Below are positions 25,712 to 39,914 of a stretch of DNA of 64,000 bases, piece after piece. A program made the translations under genes and the position numbers. Numbering within the stretch: position 1 is the first letter of the stretch; each line of letters starts with the position of its first letter. The notes beneath the pieces were generated by a model. The model ran no database searches. It was given only the letters and a program-made list of their open reading frames with translations, and was not told where the DNA came from. Source of the stretch: Camelus ferus (taxonomy: Eukaryota); assembly GCF_009834535.1 (NCBI RefSeq), contig NC_045696.1, forward strand, positions 14,014,001 through 14,078,000, in the 5' to 3' direction.

Positions 25712-26984
25712 TAGAAATCACTTTTGTTGGTAGAGGTGCACCTTCTGAACTCGAAGGAGACCATCAAAAAAGGGATATCTATAACCCATGCTTGAGAATA
25801 TTAGCCAGCATTACCCAGCATTTTAAATTAATTTCCTAAGAAAAAAGTACAAAAAATATTTAGCTGCATTATAACTTCAAGCTAGGTTTAAATTTTATTA
25901 TAGTTTATTTTACTTAATGCTTTTCATAACTGACATTCCCCAGTCCCAGATTCCATCTCTTGCTACTGCTGTACCCTTGTTAGTTGACCTTGAGGAAGTA
26001 CTTAACTTATTTTTATTTTCTTATTTCTATGTTGATAATATATTTTCTGAAAGGCTAGGTTGTTAAAGATTTAGTTAAATAAAATGAATTCTTAATAATT
26101 AGAAGGAAGGAATAGTTTCCCTAAGAGGGAAAGCAACATATTTATGAATTTTCTATAGAAGGATACACCTGCAATGAATTTGACCTTACTTGATAGCAAT
26201 TATGTCCTACAGAATTTCAAAAAGTATGACGTGAGGGCAGGGCTCTTCATAAAGTCCTAGGACCAGTGAAAAATCTGCATTAGTCAAAATGGCCAAAATA
26301 ACAAATTATATAACAATGTTTTCTTTGAGTTAGTTCCAGAGTTTGCAATTTTGTGCAATTTATAGACAGGAAGAAGAAATTATGGAGACATAAGTCACAG
26401 TAGTGAAAATCAGGGAAAGTAACTAAATTTAGATTTTAAGGCGTTTTCCAAGCCCCAAATCCAAAATTAGAATATCCGTCAAGAGTGTGAGAAGAATGAG
26501 CTCTCTTTCTAGAAAGCATCTTAGCTAAATTATTGTGAGAATAATTTCTAAAGAATTCTTCTTAAGAAAATGTATCCCAGAGTGAAAAAAAAATTGTTCA
26601 CTATGAAAATACATTGCTTGGATATTGCAAAATTTACCTAAAACATGGTCATCTTAATGTATGGACAAGAAACCAAATTTACAATAGCACTAAAATAAAC
26701 TTATAGAAAATATAATCAGGATTATTACCATAAATCAGGAAGTTAGCACTATGTTAATGAGCTATAGTCATGAGAGAAATCAGTCCTTAATATTGAAGCT
26801 AGTTCCAAAGTATGGGTTTTTTGTTGGGTTTTTACCTTTTGTAGCTAAAGGTGGGCTTCAAATAAAGTAGTTTAAACTAATTAGCACCAAAATGAAAATA
26901 ACATTGACAAGACTGAATAACTAAGTAGAATAAATAAGATTGTGGCAATGATATAAAAGAGCTGATTTTCTTAATATCAATTTT

Positions 26985-27069
26985 TTAGTAGAGTAGAAAG
27001 GACAAGTATCTTTTGTAGAAAGAGGGACAGTGGAAGCCACAGCCATAACCATGATGGCCATCAATTCAT
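26985..27069 (-). pseudogene. KAP36-like pseudogene with N-terminal deletion
   Basis: ATG AAT TGA, then in another frame DGHHGYGCGFHCPSFYKRYLSFLLY*; TATAAAAA at 27149-27156. Confidence 0.8.
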
Positions 27070-27284
27070 TGTTAGGGGCAGAGACAGACACAAGACTCAG
27101 GCTACTATAGACTTACAGAAGTTTGTAAGTCCACCACTTACATAGGGCTTTTTATATTATCTCAAGGGTGGGAGTAGCCGACTCCATATCTAGAAATTCT
27201 TATTGAATTGGAATTGGCTCAAAGCTTTTGAAAGCTCCCCAATTATTTAACTCAAAATGGCTTTCATTAAGTTATCCTACATTT

Positions 27285-27720
27285 ATTTTGTTGTATAAAC
27301 TTATGAGTTTTTGTACATGTGTATATTTGTGTAATCACAACCAAAATAAGGATACAGAATAGTTCCATCAGGCCCCAAACTCCCTTTTGCTATCACTTTA
27401 TAGTGGCATCATCTTCCTGCCCATAATCCTTGTCAACTGCTAATCTGTTCATTATCACCATAGCTTTTATATTTTCAGACTATCAAATAAGAGGAATCAT
27501 ATGCTGTGCAGTTTTTAAGACTGGCTTTTCTCACTCAGAATTATGTCTGAGTTTTGTATAATTCCTTGAAATTATTAATTTTCTTTCTTTTTTACTGTGA
27601 GTAGAATTCTACTATACATATGTGACACAGCTTGTTTACCATTTGAAGGATATTTAGGTTATTCTATCTTTGGGCTACCAAAAAACAAAGCTATTATGAA
27701 TATGTGTGTACCTAAGTTAC
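27285..27720 (-). mobile_element. Old L1 (L1MD/ME-like) 3' end
   Basis: GATACAGAATAGTTCCATCA...ACTGCTAATCTGTTC...GACTGGCTTTTCTCACTCAG. Confidence 0.75.
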
Positions 27721-29163
27721 TTTTAAATATTTTTAAACACCAAACTTACCCTCACTAGAAAAAAACATAGCCTCATTACTGAAAGCAATTTCAAAATTGT
27801 ACCAAAACTATGATTATCAAAAAAATAAATAAATAAAATCACTTGCTGCATATCTATTTAGCATCTGAAAGTGAAAACCTTATTCAGAAGAATATAAATT
27901 TGTAGGTATTTGTAATGCCACTGTTAATATAACTTTAGAGTCTAATCTTGTATACCAAATGGGACTTTTGGCTGCAGCAAAAATGGTTGCATGCTGGTTC
28001 TATCAATGAACTCTTGCTTGGATTTTATAAATTACACATGTATTCTTTTTTTGATGATTTCCAACATTACTGTCTGATGCCAGAGTAGCTTCCTTTCCTT
28101 TAGTGCTGTTATCAGAGCAGCCAGATAACTAAAATCAACAGTCTCTTACCTATTAGATTCCACAGATAGGAGTCAGATCCTTGCCTATTGTGCACTGAAG
28201 AAGAAGAACATAATGCATTATGAGTGACCGATTCTGCTCATTCAACTAAAGCAGAGAGAATACTCCCCTTCAGGATGAGCACTCACAGGACACTAACATA
28301 TTTTTTCAAAACTAAGTAATCTTTGCAAAATCCACATTCACACTTTCAAACCATCTCTATTTTACCTATTGTTTGTTGAGTCATTTGACTGATTCTTCGG
28401 CACTAACTTTGACATTTCTGATATATATTTGAAATATCACATTCATTTGATGTCAGTCCTTCAATAGAAATTCTTAGTCTAACAATTCTATTGTACAAGT
28501 TTGGCATCAGCAGTTACATTCACAGTCACCCAGGGCTCCATCTGTAGCCAGCAAAGAAGTGGCCCAGGTCTCTGAACTTTCAAATCTACAGCCTAAGAAG
28601 CTACAATCATTGCTCGTAGGAGCTCATTCTGTCAGGAGTGAAAAATGAAAATAATTCATGAAATAAATGAGTGGAAGCAAAAATCCTTATTTTTTTGCAT
28701 TTTTTAAATTAAGGGTCTTATTAAAGAAATGAAACCTAATGATCATTCATTGCTAAGTCCTACAAACATCACATTTTTAAAAAAATAAAACAACTCATTT
28801 TTATGATTACAACCAACTCCAGTTAACTGTTAAAACCATATGAAATTGGCATTAAACACAATTTGCAGAGGAAAAAATGAAAGCATATAGAGATTAACTT
28901 GCTCAAGTTCATAGTTAGGGAGTAGTGGAGCTAAAACTCAAACCCAAGAAACTTTAAAGCCAAATCTTTGAGATAAAAGTGCTGAACTATTTTTTCCTAT
29001 TGTGAAGCACAAGTAAAGGATGTCTGAAGACGTGATGTAAGCACAACTGACTTGTAGCTGTTGAATATTTGGATCTGTCAGGCTAATGGTGACCTAGTAG
29101 TCTGGAGCCTACTCTGTCAACTCTGCTTCTGGTACCCAGTTATTGGGTAGTCAAGACAGACGT

Positions 29164-29289
29164 TCGGCAGAAGCCAGAGAATTAACAACAAAATGGATGA
29201 TAGCCACCATATACCAGTCCCTGGAAGCTGCCTCATCCACATCTACACTTACAGCCCAGAATTCCTTAGTAATTTCTATTGCAGCTCAT
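29164..29289 (-). pseudogene. KAP19-like pseudogene with three in-frame stops
   Basis: One frame: MSCNRNY*GILGCKCRCG*GSFQGLVYGGYHPFCC*FSGFC(R); 5' UTR aligns with that of the 50026 gene; TATA decayed near 29356-29364. Confidence 0.8.
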
Positions 29290-31247
29290 GCTGTTAGGAG
29301 CTAAGGATTTAGGTTATAGATAGGGCAGTCTGCATTGTAATTACCTATATGGTAACTTTCATATCCCTCTAAGAGTGGAGATTAAGGATCCATGAAGATA
29401 TGTCACATTCTCCCTACAGATAAAAATTGTACAAACAAATCAATAAAACCATTTCTTCCATACTTGAGATCTGAACATGCTTTTAAAGGATTCTATTAGT
29501 TTTCTTTCTGTTTAGCTTGCGTTCTTCAAAACAAGTCTGTGGCTATGGTGAGAAATGATAATTACACTCTTAAAGAGCTCTTTTTTTTACATTTAATTTT
29601 TAAGATAGGTTTTATAACATAAAATAATTCTCTTATAAAATAAGCTAACACTTTCTACCCATAAATTATATTACCTGGTTAAAATATTTTTAATTGCATG
29701 TATCTACAACATTTTCTTTGTATTATTAAATAAATAGCATAAAATTCACTCAGAAAAATGATGCAAAATCATGATACCTCTTTATACAACTGGTGAAATG
29801 TATCAATCTCCGAATTTCCTTTAATGGTCATTTAGCTGTTTCTAAGAAGCATAATTATTATATTATCAATTTTTTCTAATGTAAAAATATAAATAAATGA
29901 TAAAGCATGCAAACTAACAGGGCTTGAATAACAGGAAAAATTCAAATGATTTAAAAATGTTTGTGAAACAGGGGATCCATGAATAACATTACAGTTCTTA
30001 GGCATATTCAAATATCCTTAATAATGAGAACATTTACAAAATTGTTTATCCCTTTGCTTCTAGCTTTCTTGAGTGAACAAAAAATAACTTAAAGGGTTTT
30101 TTTTTTTGGCTCTAAATTTTTTAGGTTGTGTTTTCTTTAGCATAAGGAAATCTAAGAGTTTAATCTATGAAATGGTAAATCTGTGGGAATAGTGGCTCTA
30201 ATTGTTAGACTGATGAAACTGTTGAGCATATTAACAATCAAGAACACCAACGTTCTTGGTGTGGAAGTGGAAGGAGGAGACTGTTTTGATCAAATGTTAT
30301 GGCAGGATGGTTCTTCAGCGATTCTTCGATAATCAAGCATATATCCAGTGGGATTTGTTCAAAGGAAGAGTTGCTTAGGTCCTTGGAGACCAATGCTTCC
30401 CATCTCCCTTATTTCACTTCAAATCCTGAAAAGACTAACTGATATTTTTAATTACCTGAATTTTCCTAGAGGATCATAGAATGACACAACTAAAAAGAAG
30501 CATTGTTATTATTTATTCCAGTTTTTAAATTTTACAAATCTTGTAAGTGGCATTTAAGTGAGAAAAAGCACTAAGATGTCTTGCATAAAGGTCCACATCG
30601 TGGCTCTACCTAAACATTTTGTGCTGAAAATCAAAGGATAAGTTGAGAAATTCTTTTGGAAATGGGGAAAGCATAACTTTGATGAGACATAATGTTCATT
30701 TTGTTATTTCTATGAGCAGACATTTGAAGAAAGCCTGAAGTAAGCTTTTGGGAAGATTAGGTTTGTCTGAGGTGAAAAGAAAGATGTGGAGAAAAACATA
30801 CATAATATGAAAGAGCTAAAATCTCTTTTGCAATGAAAATATTGGGAAAGATCTTAATTTACATGGTTAATTTAAACAGATAGTGAAAAATCGCAAACCA
30901 GTTCTCTGAAATCAGTTATGAGCTGCCTTGGGCTAATGCTTTTGCTTTGGTTGATGATGCTGTTTGGCTGTACATATTTATGAGAGGCTATAAATTAAAC
31001 TGCAAGCTCCTTAATGGGCAGTTATAAATGACTGTCTAATTGTCAGTTTAAACACAATCCATTCTAAAGCAAAGTCATCATTTTCTCTTCTTAAATCTCT
31101 TTCAGTTATAGGAAGAGATGCTTAGAATTATGGGAAGAATTTTAAGACTGAAATAAAAAATATTATGCTCAATTATCTCTTTCTGTTCAATCACTTATTA
31201 ATCATAAGAGCTAAATAAAGTGGTATTAAACACAAAATAATGATCAC

Positions 31248-31754
31248 TATTCTTGGTTGAACTTTGCCTCCCTCCAAAGATATAGTCAAGACCTACCCTG
31301 CCCCCTCATATCTGTAGATACGACTTTATTTGAAAATTGGGTCTTTTGCAGATTTAACCAAGTTGAGATGAGGTCAAGATCATTAGGATAGGCCCTAATT
31401 TGATATGATTATTCAACAAGACTAATGTCTCTATAAGAAGGGGAAACTTGGACACAGACAGACATTCACAGAAAAAGATGTAGAAACACAAAGGGAGATA
31501 ACCATGTGATGATGAACAGAGAAACTGGAGTTACACAGCTGCAAACCCAGGAATACCAAGGATTCCCAGCACATCACCAGAAGTTGGGAAGAGGCAAGAA
31601 AGGATTCTCCTGCAGGTTTCAGAGGGAGTGTTATCTTGTTGATGCCTTGATTTTAGACTTCTAGCCTCCAAAACTGCTAAACAAATTTCTCTTGTTTTAA
31701 GACACCCAGTTGGTTGCACTTTTTTTTTTACAGCAGCCTTAGGAAGTTAATACA
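31248..31754 (+). mobile_element. MLT1 (MaLR) solo LTR
   Basis: MLT1 motifs ending TTACAGCAGCCTTAGGAAGTTAATACA; 5-bp TSD ATCAC (31243-31247, 31755-31759). Confidence 0.88.
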
Positions 31755-32607
31755 ATCACCTACTGTGCCTTATACACCATAATATGCTAATTTGTTTGCA
31801 TAGTATGTGTGTAGTGGAGGGTAATTTTATTTTACGACAGTTTTTTTTTAAAGTAAAAATTATCATCAGATTTAATTGATTAAAAATGTATTGAAGTGAA
31901 TAAACTTGCCTTATGCAGTTAGTCATTAGCAGAGGGAATATAATCCCAGTCTCTGCCTCACAAATCCATATTTTCCCAGTATTCTAACTACTTTTTAGAG
32001 TTGTTTGAAGACTTATCATACTTTTAAAAAGAAAATTTTTATACTCTATTTACTATGTTTTTGAGTATTATGAAAATTAAATGATAAAAATATATATTTA
32101 AATGCAAATTATCTTACACATAGAAGTTCAAAAGTTTTAATTGCCTCCCTCATTACTCATTAATTAGTTCTGTTTATTCAACAGATACTTATTGAGCTCA
32201 TGTTACATGCCAGGCATAGTTCTGGAAGCCTGTTCATTCAAGGTTCAGAGCAGCTCAACCTCAAATGTACTTGCAAAGGGCTTCCCTTTAGTCGTTGGCT
32301 TTCCTTTAGTTCAATCATCTTTCAACTAACTATATATACATCTTCAAGTAAATAAAGACCAATAATGTCTCTCATCATTCTCCTTCTATTATGGCTCATG
32401 AGAAGGAAAAAACAGAGTCATCCGTTATAAACAGTCTATGAAAACCTTTTTCAAGTCAGTGTCCCCCCCCCTTCTTGCTGCACTCTAAGTTAATTCCAGT
32501 GGTCAGAGCAGAATCCAGATTCTGATGAAAGTAGACATAAAAGAAGAACAAACAGTAGGGTTGTGTTAAGAATCCTAAAGTCCCAAAGCACCAGTCTTTC
32601 CTCCTTT

Positions 32608-32757
32608 TCAATAAAAGCCAGAGACTCTCTGTCTTTCATAGCACATGGGTGGCAGCCGGTATTTCTGTAGTCTCCCTAGTCAGAACACAGCCCCTAAACC
32701 ACCACAGCCACAGCCACAGCCCAGGCCACCATAGCTGTTGCCATAGTAGTAGCTCGT
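32608..32757 (-). pseudogene. KAP19/20-like pseudogene (ATG>ACG, frameshifts)
   Basis: (T)SYYYGNSYGGLGCGCGCGGLG, then frameshifted GDYRNTGCHP and CYERQRVSGFY*; TATA position reads CCCTTACGTA on plus. Confidence 0.88.
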
Positions 32758-33112
32758 AGTGTCAGGAGTTGGGGACTTTTTTTGTTAGGAAAGTGTGTTT
32801 CCCAGATGTAAATGTTACTATCTGCCTAGAGACCCTTACGTACTTCAGAAAAGGTTGTGACAACAAAAACAGACTTGCATAATCCTCACTCCATGGCCTC
32901 AGTGATATGAAAGAAAATCTCATTAATCTTTTTGTCTTCTAAATTCAGGACTGTTGGTACAGATTCCAGTGAAGTGTTCTTTATCAATGTTGACAATGAG
33001 TATGGTGTCATCAAAGACTACACATGAGATGACTGCTATCTATAAAAACCTCTAGCCAGGCATCATAACATCCTATTGCTATTCAGAGTAATGGGAAGAT
33101 ACGCAAGCAACC

Positions 33113-33586
33113 TAAGACATGAAGCAATCTAAATGTCCATCGACATATGACTGGATAAAGAAGTTGTGGTATATTTATACAATGGAATACTACTCAGTCA
33201 TAAAAAAGAATAAAATAATGCCATTTGTAGCAACACAGATGTACCTGGATTTTGTCATTCTAAGTGAAGTAAATCAGAAAGAGAAAGAAAAATACCACAT
33301 GATATCACTCATATGTGGAATTTAAAAAAAAAAAGAAAAAGAAAAAAGAGGGCACTAATAAACTCATCTACAAAACAGAAACAGACTTGCAGACATAGTA
33401 AACAATCTTATGGTTACTGGGGGAAATGGGGTGGGAAGGGATAAATTTGGATGTTTGAGATTTGCAAATGTTGGCCACTATATATAAAAATAGATTAAAA
33501 TTTTTTCTTCTGTATAGCATGAGGAACTATATTTAATACCTTATAACAACTTTTAATGAAAAATAATATGAAAACACACACACACA

Positions 33587-33626
<40 letters not shown>

Positions 33627-33702
33627 TATATGCATGACTTGGAAATTATGCTGTATACCAAAAATTGACACATTGTAACTGACTATATTTCAATAAAAAA
33701 AA
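33113..33702 (+). mobile_element. 5'-truncated L1 (ORF2 end + 3' UTR) with internal (CA)n
   Basis: ORF reads KQSKCPSTYDWIKKLWYIYTMEYYS... (L1 ORF2 C-terminus); AATAAA and A tail near 33692-33702; (CA)n at 33574-33623. Confidence 0.9.
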
Positions 33703-36700
33703 TCTTAAATAAAATAATGGGTACACTCTTCACTGAATGATATCAATATCATGGCTGATTTTCCAGTTTTTAAGACTGAAAAAATACTGATGATGCTTCT
33801 TCAAAATGTCCCACTTCACTCTACTCCACTGAGATTTTGAACAATTTCTTTTCCTACTAAAATTGAGTTGTTTAAAAGTTTGGCCAAAATGAATTTTCTC
33901 CTCTTTTTATTAAAGAAATTGTGATTTTTTTCCCAATACACTTAATAGTATTTTCCCAAAGGACTGACAGTGAATTTAGCATTGAATGTCCATTTAATTT
34001 ATGTGATATAAAAATTCAGCACAATTTCTTCTTTGGCACTTGGTCTTGAGTTCCCAAAATCACCAGCAAAGGAAACAATGATAAAAAATGTCCTAAGACA
34101 TGGCTTTTGCTTTGATTCTTTAGGAAAATATAACTGGAACGGTATGTCCATTTACCTTTGTGTACTATTTATCTGGGACCTGTTGGATTTGGTTGTGTCA
34201 AAGGAAATAGAAGTCAGTGAAATAGATTCAGTGTCACTGAGGATAATTAGGCGTTCTCTGCCAGTTGTCTACTGATTGGACCACAGCTCTAAGATGCATC
34301 TTATAATAAAACCATCAACAGGACAAGGGCTTGAATTATTTAGTGGATATTAATTATTAGCACTAGAAAGGTAGCACAAAACAACAGTTTCATTGCTGAT
34401 GGGTCAACAGGAATCATTTTTACATTCAAATCACAAAATGTGAATTTAAATGATGCATCAATTATTTCTCAAATGCAGTGAATGTTCGTTATTCCTTACA
34501 TGGTAGAAGTTTCAGTATTACAAAGCTTCATCTGTCTAAAACATCTGCAAGTAAGCCCTCAAACCTTTGACCTTTTAATCCTCCAATGTGAAATGTCCTG
34601 AAAAGACAACAATTATATCACTTCCTGCTGGAACTTGCAGACACAGGATTAACCCAAAGTGAAACACGTTTGATAAAGAGCAAATTTCTTTGACCTACTA
34701 GGAAATTTACAGATCAGAATTTACATTGTTAAAGGTAATGAAATCTTATTTGGAAGATATACTTAGTACAACTTTTTTTAACAGCTGTGTATTTTTCTGA
34801 GTAACTTACACCAAAAAGTCTTTTGGAAAATAATTTATTTACAAAAATTAGTAATTTGGAAACACTTTCACATGCGTATCTTCCTCTGATAGGAAAAGTT
34901 CCTATCAACAACTCTTTCATTTTTGTTGAGAAATATTATTTTCTTCATTTTATGTGTACTTTGCTTTTGAAAGTAGAATTTTGCAATTTCATAATCACTT
35001 ATGAAAGGCTAAGAGTTTTTCTCAAAGTCCTATCAGCAAATAAAGAGGCTTTAGTGTGATTCATATCACTTCACTCCTAATTCAAATTATCTGAAGAGAA
35101 TGTATAAAAAAAATCAACTTTAAAGAATTTTTTAAAAAGTTAAAAATACAATTTGGTTTCTAAAGAGAATTTGGAACTCAGTTGTCAATGCCTTGCTAAT
35201 TTTTCAGCTAGTATTTTAGTTCTGTCATTGGAGGTAGCAATCTGTCCTAATCAGTAACTTAGTTAGATGACAAAATTTTATTATATTATTTTTGTCCTTT
35301 AACAGGTATTCATTAAGCATTACTCTATGTTGGGTAGTGTCTTAATACAAGAGGTTCAAACAGACCCTGACCTCAAAGCCTGTACTAAAATAGAGATACT
35401 AATTGTCTGTACCACCAACCCACAAATACTTTGATGGGCACTAACAAGAATGTTCCATATTTCTTGAATCCAGCAAATAAATATGGGATGGTTCATTTTA
35501 GATCCAAATCAACCTTCTTAATAAAAAAGGGACAATTTTATTTTATAGCAATTTGACACGCTTAACTACTGATGTAAAAAGCAGCATACACTTTTCAGCA
35601 TCTGAAGGTTTAGAGAAAGGGCTTGTTTATTTTATTAAAGGTGATTTCCTTATTTTTGTACTTGAAAGGAAATGATCAGCAGTAACATGAAGTCTGGTTG
35701 ATGAATGATAAATTTTTTTGCCAGTTTTATTTTATTTTACCAAAAAATTTTAAAACTAAATGATTTGCAAGTTTACCTAGAACCTAGTTTCCCCAATAAG
35801 CATGTGTATGTTAAAATTAAGTATCAGACAGATGCCTCCAAAAGCTCATCAAATGACACTGTAGGAAAACAGAGTTAAACAGGAAACCACGATATAAACT
35901 GAACAGTACTGTTCTCATCTTTATTGAAAACTTGTTAGAAATAAACACATCATGAACTATGCAGAGCACTATGATGAGAAACCTCAGCTCATTATTTTGT
36001 CTTTTAATATAATCATTAGATCTCCCCATATCTTCTTCCACATGTACAAAGTCCTTGTACTAACTTTTAGATAACATACTCTTGAGAGCACAAAGCATCT
36101 GCATCTAAACCAGAAAAACTTTGTTTGCTGAGAAGAGGGAGGGAGTAGAAAGTGGTATCAGGCATTGCTATAACATAAGAAATTGAAGAGACCTTGGAAA
36201 CACTTAAAACCATCTAAAACAGTGATTTTCCAAGGAAGTTTTTGTCTAACAGAAAGTCTGAGAATCTAAACAAACCTATTTCACTACAGTTGTTTTAAAT
36301 TCAGAAAGTCCTCAAGCTTACTTTTGAGAAAAAAATTACCATGGAATTTCAATAAATATATTTAATAACAGTGCTTATATCGATGACTTTCAAAAGGCTT
36401 CTCTAAATATCAGCTCTATCAATTTAATTATTTATTGGATATCTCCCATTTGAATTGCACTCAAATTCCATATTTAGTGGTAAACTCATTTTTTTTGCAA
36501 ACCACTTCTTTTCTGTATATCAGTCACTCAAGCTATGTACCAGAGTATGACCTTCGAACCCTCTCTCATATTTCATGAGTATCTCCCCCACTCAGTGCAT
36601 ATTGCACTATACCAAATCAACCATGTAAATAATATTTTATTACTGTTCATAAGTCTGTTCATTGTTATCACTTAATTCAGTCCTCTACCACTTTCTCCTG

Positions 36701-36854
36701 GGTTAACATAAGAGCCGCCACCACTGGTCACACCACCCCAAGAGAAGGTCTTAATTTGGTCTGTTCTCCATATTGAGTCCATATGAACATTTTGAAACAC
36801 AAATCTGATTATTTTTTAGTCATTATGTCTAAGTCAAGATGTATCCTAGTTAAA

Positions 36855-39585
36855 AATCCTGGAGAAGGATAATGGTGATGCTTGCACAAAAATGTGATTT
36901 TACCTAATGTACTTAATGCACACTGAAAGTGATTAAAATGGTAAATTTAGGTAATACATCCTTTAGCACAACAACAAAAAAAAGGACTTTAAAGATAAAG
37001 AAAAAAACCTTCAGGGCATCCAGGAAAAGATCAAACAATTTACAGTGACAAAAGAATTAGACCCTTGTCAGATTTCTCCAAGGCAATAAACGAAGCAAAG
37101 CTATAATTTTGCAATATTTTCAAAAACCTCAAGGAAATAAAATGTGAACCAAGATTTTGTATTTAATTATCGTGCCCTTCAAATATCCCGGTTATAGGAA
37201 AATATTTTTTAAATTATGCAAGAAACTAGAGAATATTGGGGCCATAAACCCCTTTTGATCAATCAGCTGAGAATCCAGCAGAGAGAACTGGAGACAGTTT
37301 GGCAAAGCACTGATTTGAGAATTTAATATATTTAATTTTTTATATAAGGCTAAACCAAAGATGTGGTTGAAAGCAAATGAATATGTAAACATTCTATACC
37401 ATGAGGAAGTAAAACTAACTCAACTAAAACTAAAAGCAGAGGGAAAGGTAGAAAAGTTATTTGATAGTTGATTAAGTAAAAGGTAATAGTTAACATTCGT
37501 TACTCAAAACTGAAAAATTACATAGTAAAAGTTTTAAAAAAGGAAAATGAGGGTCTAAGGACATCTTTACAAAAAAATACATGATTAACCACTAGATAAC
37601 TACTAAAATCAGGATCAAAGCATTTCCAAATATCAAAAGAAGTTTATAAAATATTGAGTAAGTAAATTGCAATATATAGAAAAAGAAGCAGGGCAAACAT
37701 ACAAATACAATAGAATCACAACATCAAATAATTTTTCAGAGCTGACACTAAACCTAGTAACAACTTAATAAATGTAAACAAGCTTAACTTACTTATAAAA
37801 TTGGGCTCACAAAGAATCAACTATTTTCAAGAGAAACATTTAAAGCTAAGTGACTAAGAAAGTCTAATAATAGAAATATATGCAGACTAGTACAATAATG
37901 AGATACCGCTATGCAACTACTGAAATGGATAAAATTCCAGAAAATAACAATACCAATTGCTGGCAGGAATGCAAAGCAGCAAGAACTCTCACTTATTGAT
38001 GGTGAGAATACAAAATCGAACAGTTTACAAGACAGCTTGGCAGTTTTCTAAAAAGCTAAACATAATTGTATCATATGATCCAGATCCAGCAATTGTTCTC
38101 CCTGATATTTACCCAAATGATTTGAAAAATTTTTCTCTAATAAAAAATCTGCATGTGAATATTTATGACAGTTTTATTCATAATTTCTAAAAACTGGAAG
38201 CAAAGTCCTTCAGTAAGTGAATGAGTAACTGCAGTACATCCATGCAATGTATCCAACAGTAAAAAGAATTGAGTTATCAAGATGAAATGGCATAAAGAGA
38301 CTTAAGTGCATATTACTAAGTAAATTTCTTACAGAGGAGAAACTTGACAAACTTCTCAGCTAGTTGATCAGGATCAACATCACCAGTGAAAACTCATGTT
38401 GATAATATTCCTGATATGATGGGATAAAAATGGCACTTTACCCCCGTCATATTCCTCCCAAACACCATAATTACACTCTGATTATGAGAAAAGCACTCAA
38501 TGAATCCTGGCTGAGGGACTTTCTATAAAATACCTAACCAGTTTAGCTGGAAACTTGCTAGGGTGCACTGAGCTAGGGAAAGTCTGAAAATGTATCTTTG
38601 TCAAGAGGACATTAAAAAACTCTGATGACTAAATGCAAGATGGTAACCTGGATGGTATCCTAGAATAGAAAAAGTATGCTAAATAAAAACTAAAGAAATC
38701 TGAATAAAGTATGAACTTTAGTTGGTAATAATGTATCAATATAGATTTATTATTAGTCATAACAAATGCACCATACTAATGTAAAATGTTAATAAAGGGG
38801 AAGTTGGGTGTGGGACGTAAGGGAACTCTCTGTGCTATCTTGCATATTGTTTTGTAAATCTAAAATTATTATACAGAATTATATTTTTAAAATGTATGGG
38901 CAAAGGTATATCAGGTAAAGGGGAAGAATGAGAAAGTAGTGGTTGTAACTGTGCTACTAAAATGGAATTTAGCCAGATGATACGCATCAAAGGAGGCCAT
39001 CTTATAAAGTTAAAAGGCACATTAAAATAAAGAAATAATAGTTATGATTATATATGAAGAACCAACATGGCAACCACCTTTACACAGCAAAATTTAATGT
39101 ACTGGAGATGCAAGGAAACATAGATAAACATACAAATTCCAGAACAAGAGAGATAAAACAGAAAAATACAGCTAAGAGTATAGAGGATCAAAATAATGTA
39201 AGCAATATTAGCTGACTTTAAAAATCATATAATGTTACATTTTGATAATGGAAAATAAAATTATTCTCAAGCACCTGTGAAACAGTTACAAAAATGTACT
39301 ATATCACAAAGAAAAACATTGGAAAATTCCATGAAGATGTTACAAAAAAATCCTCTAATCATAATGTAATACAAATGGAAATTAATAAATATAAATAAAT
39401 AACCCAATGAGCTTTTCACCCAGAAATTAAAACAAACGAAAAAACTATGACCTCTTGAGTGAAAGAAAAAACACAAAACAAATCACAGAAATTGTAAATT
39501 GTTGATAACAATAATGAAAATGTTACATATAATATGGAGTATCACTATAAATACAGCAGAAGAAAATTCAGTTTTAAGCACATAT
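36855..39585 (+). mobile_element. Nested old L1 (L1MC/MD-like) fragments
   Basis: A-rich strand; L1 ORF2 3' motifs at 37895-38320, L1MC-type 3' UTR at 38330-38890, endonuclease-region remnants at 38980-39580. Confidence 0.65.
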
Positions 39586-39914
39586 ATATATATATATTGC
39601 TGAAGGGGCTACAGGGGCCAAAGCTACCGATAAAGCCTAACTACTAGAGAGAAGTATGTCTGCACTGATGAAACCAGGGGTTTTTCCTCCTCTCCCACAC
39701 CTCCCTGGGGTCTCATGATCATTAACCATCTACATTAGCAAAATGCATTCTTCCAGTTTTCATATCAGCTGATGGTGAAAGTTGACAAGGAACTTATCTG
39801 AATTGAGCATGTTCCTTGTGAGTAGGCTACAGCTCAGTCGTGCAGAAATGGGAGGGTATAGCTTAAGATGGAGCTGACAAAAATGAAGTCAGTGTGGTTC
39901 AGCCACACACACTT

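Noticed and set aside
35900..36050. TTTATTGAAAA context resembling a KRTAP 3' end
   Set aside because: No recognisable CDS remnant upstream; common motif in AT-rich DNA
39601..39911. Possible LTR fragment between L1 pieces
   Set aside because: LTR-like composition, but I could not define termini or a TSD; needs RepeatMasker
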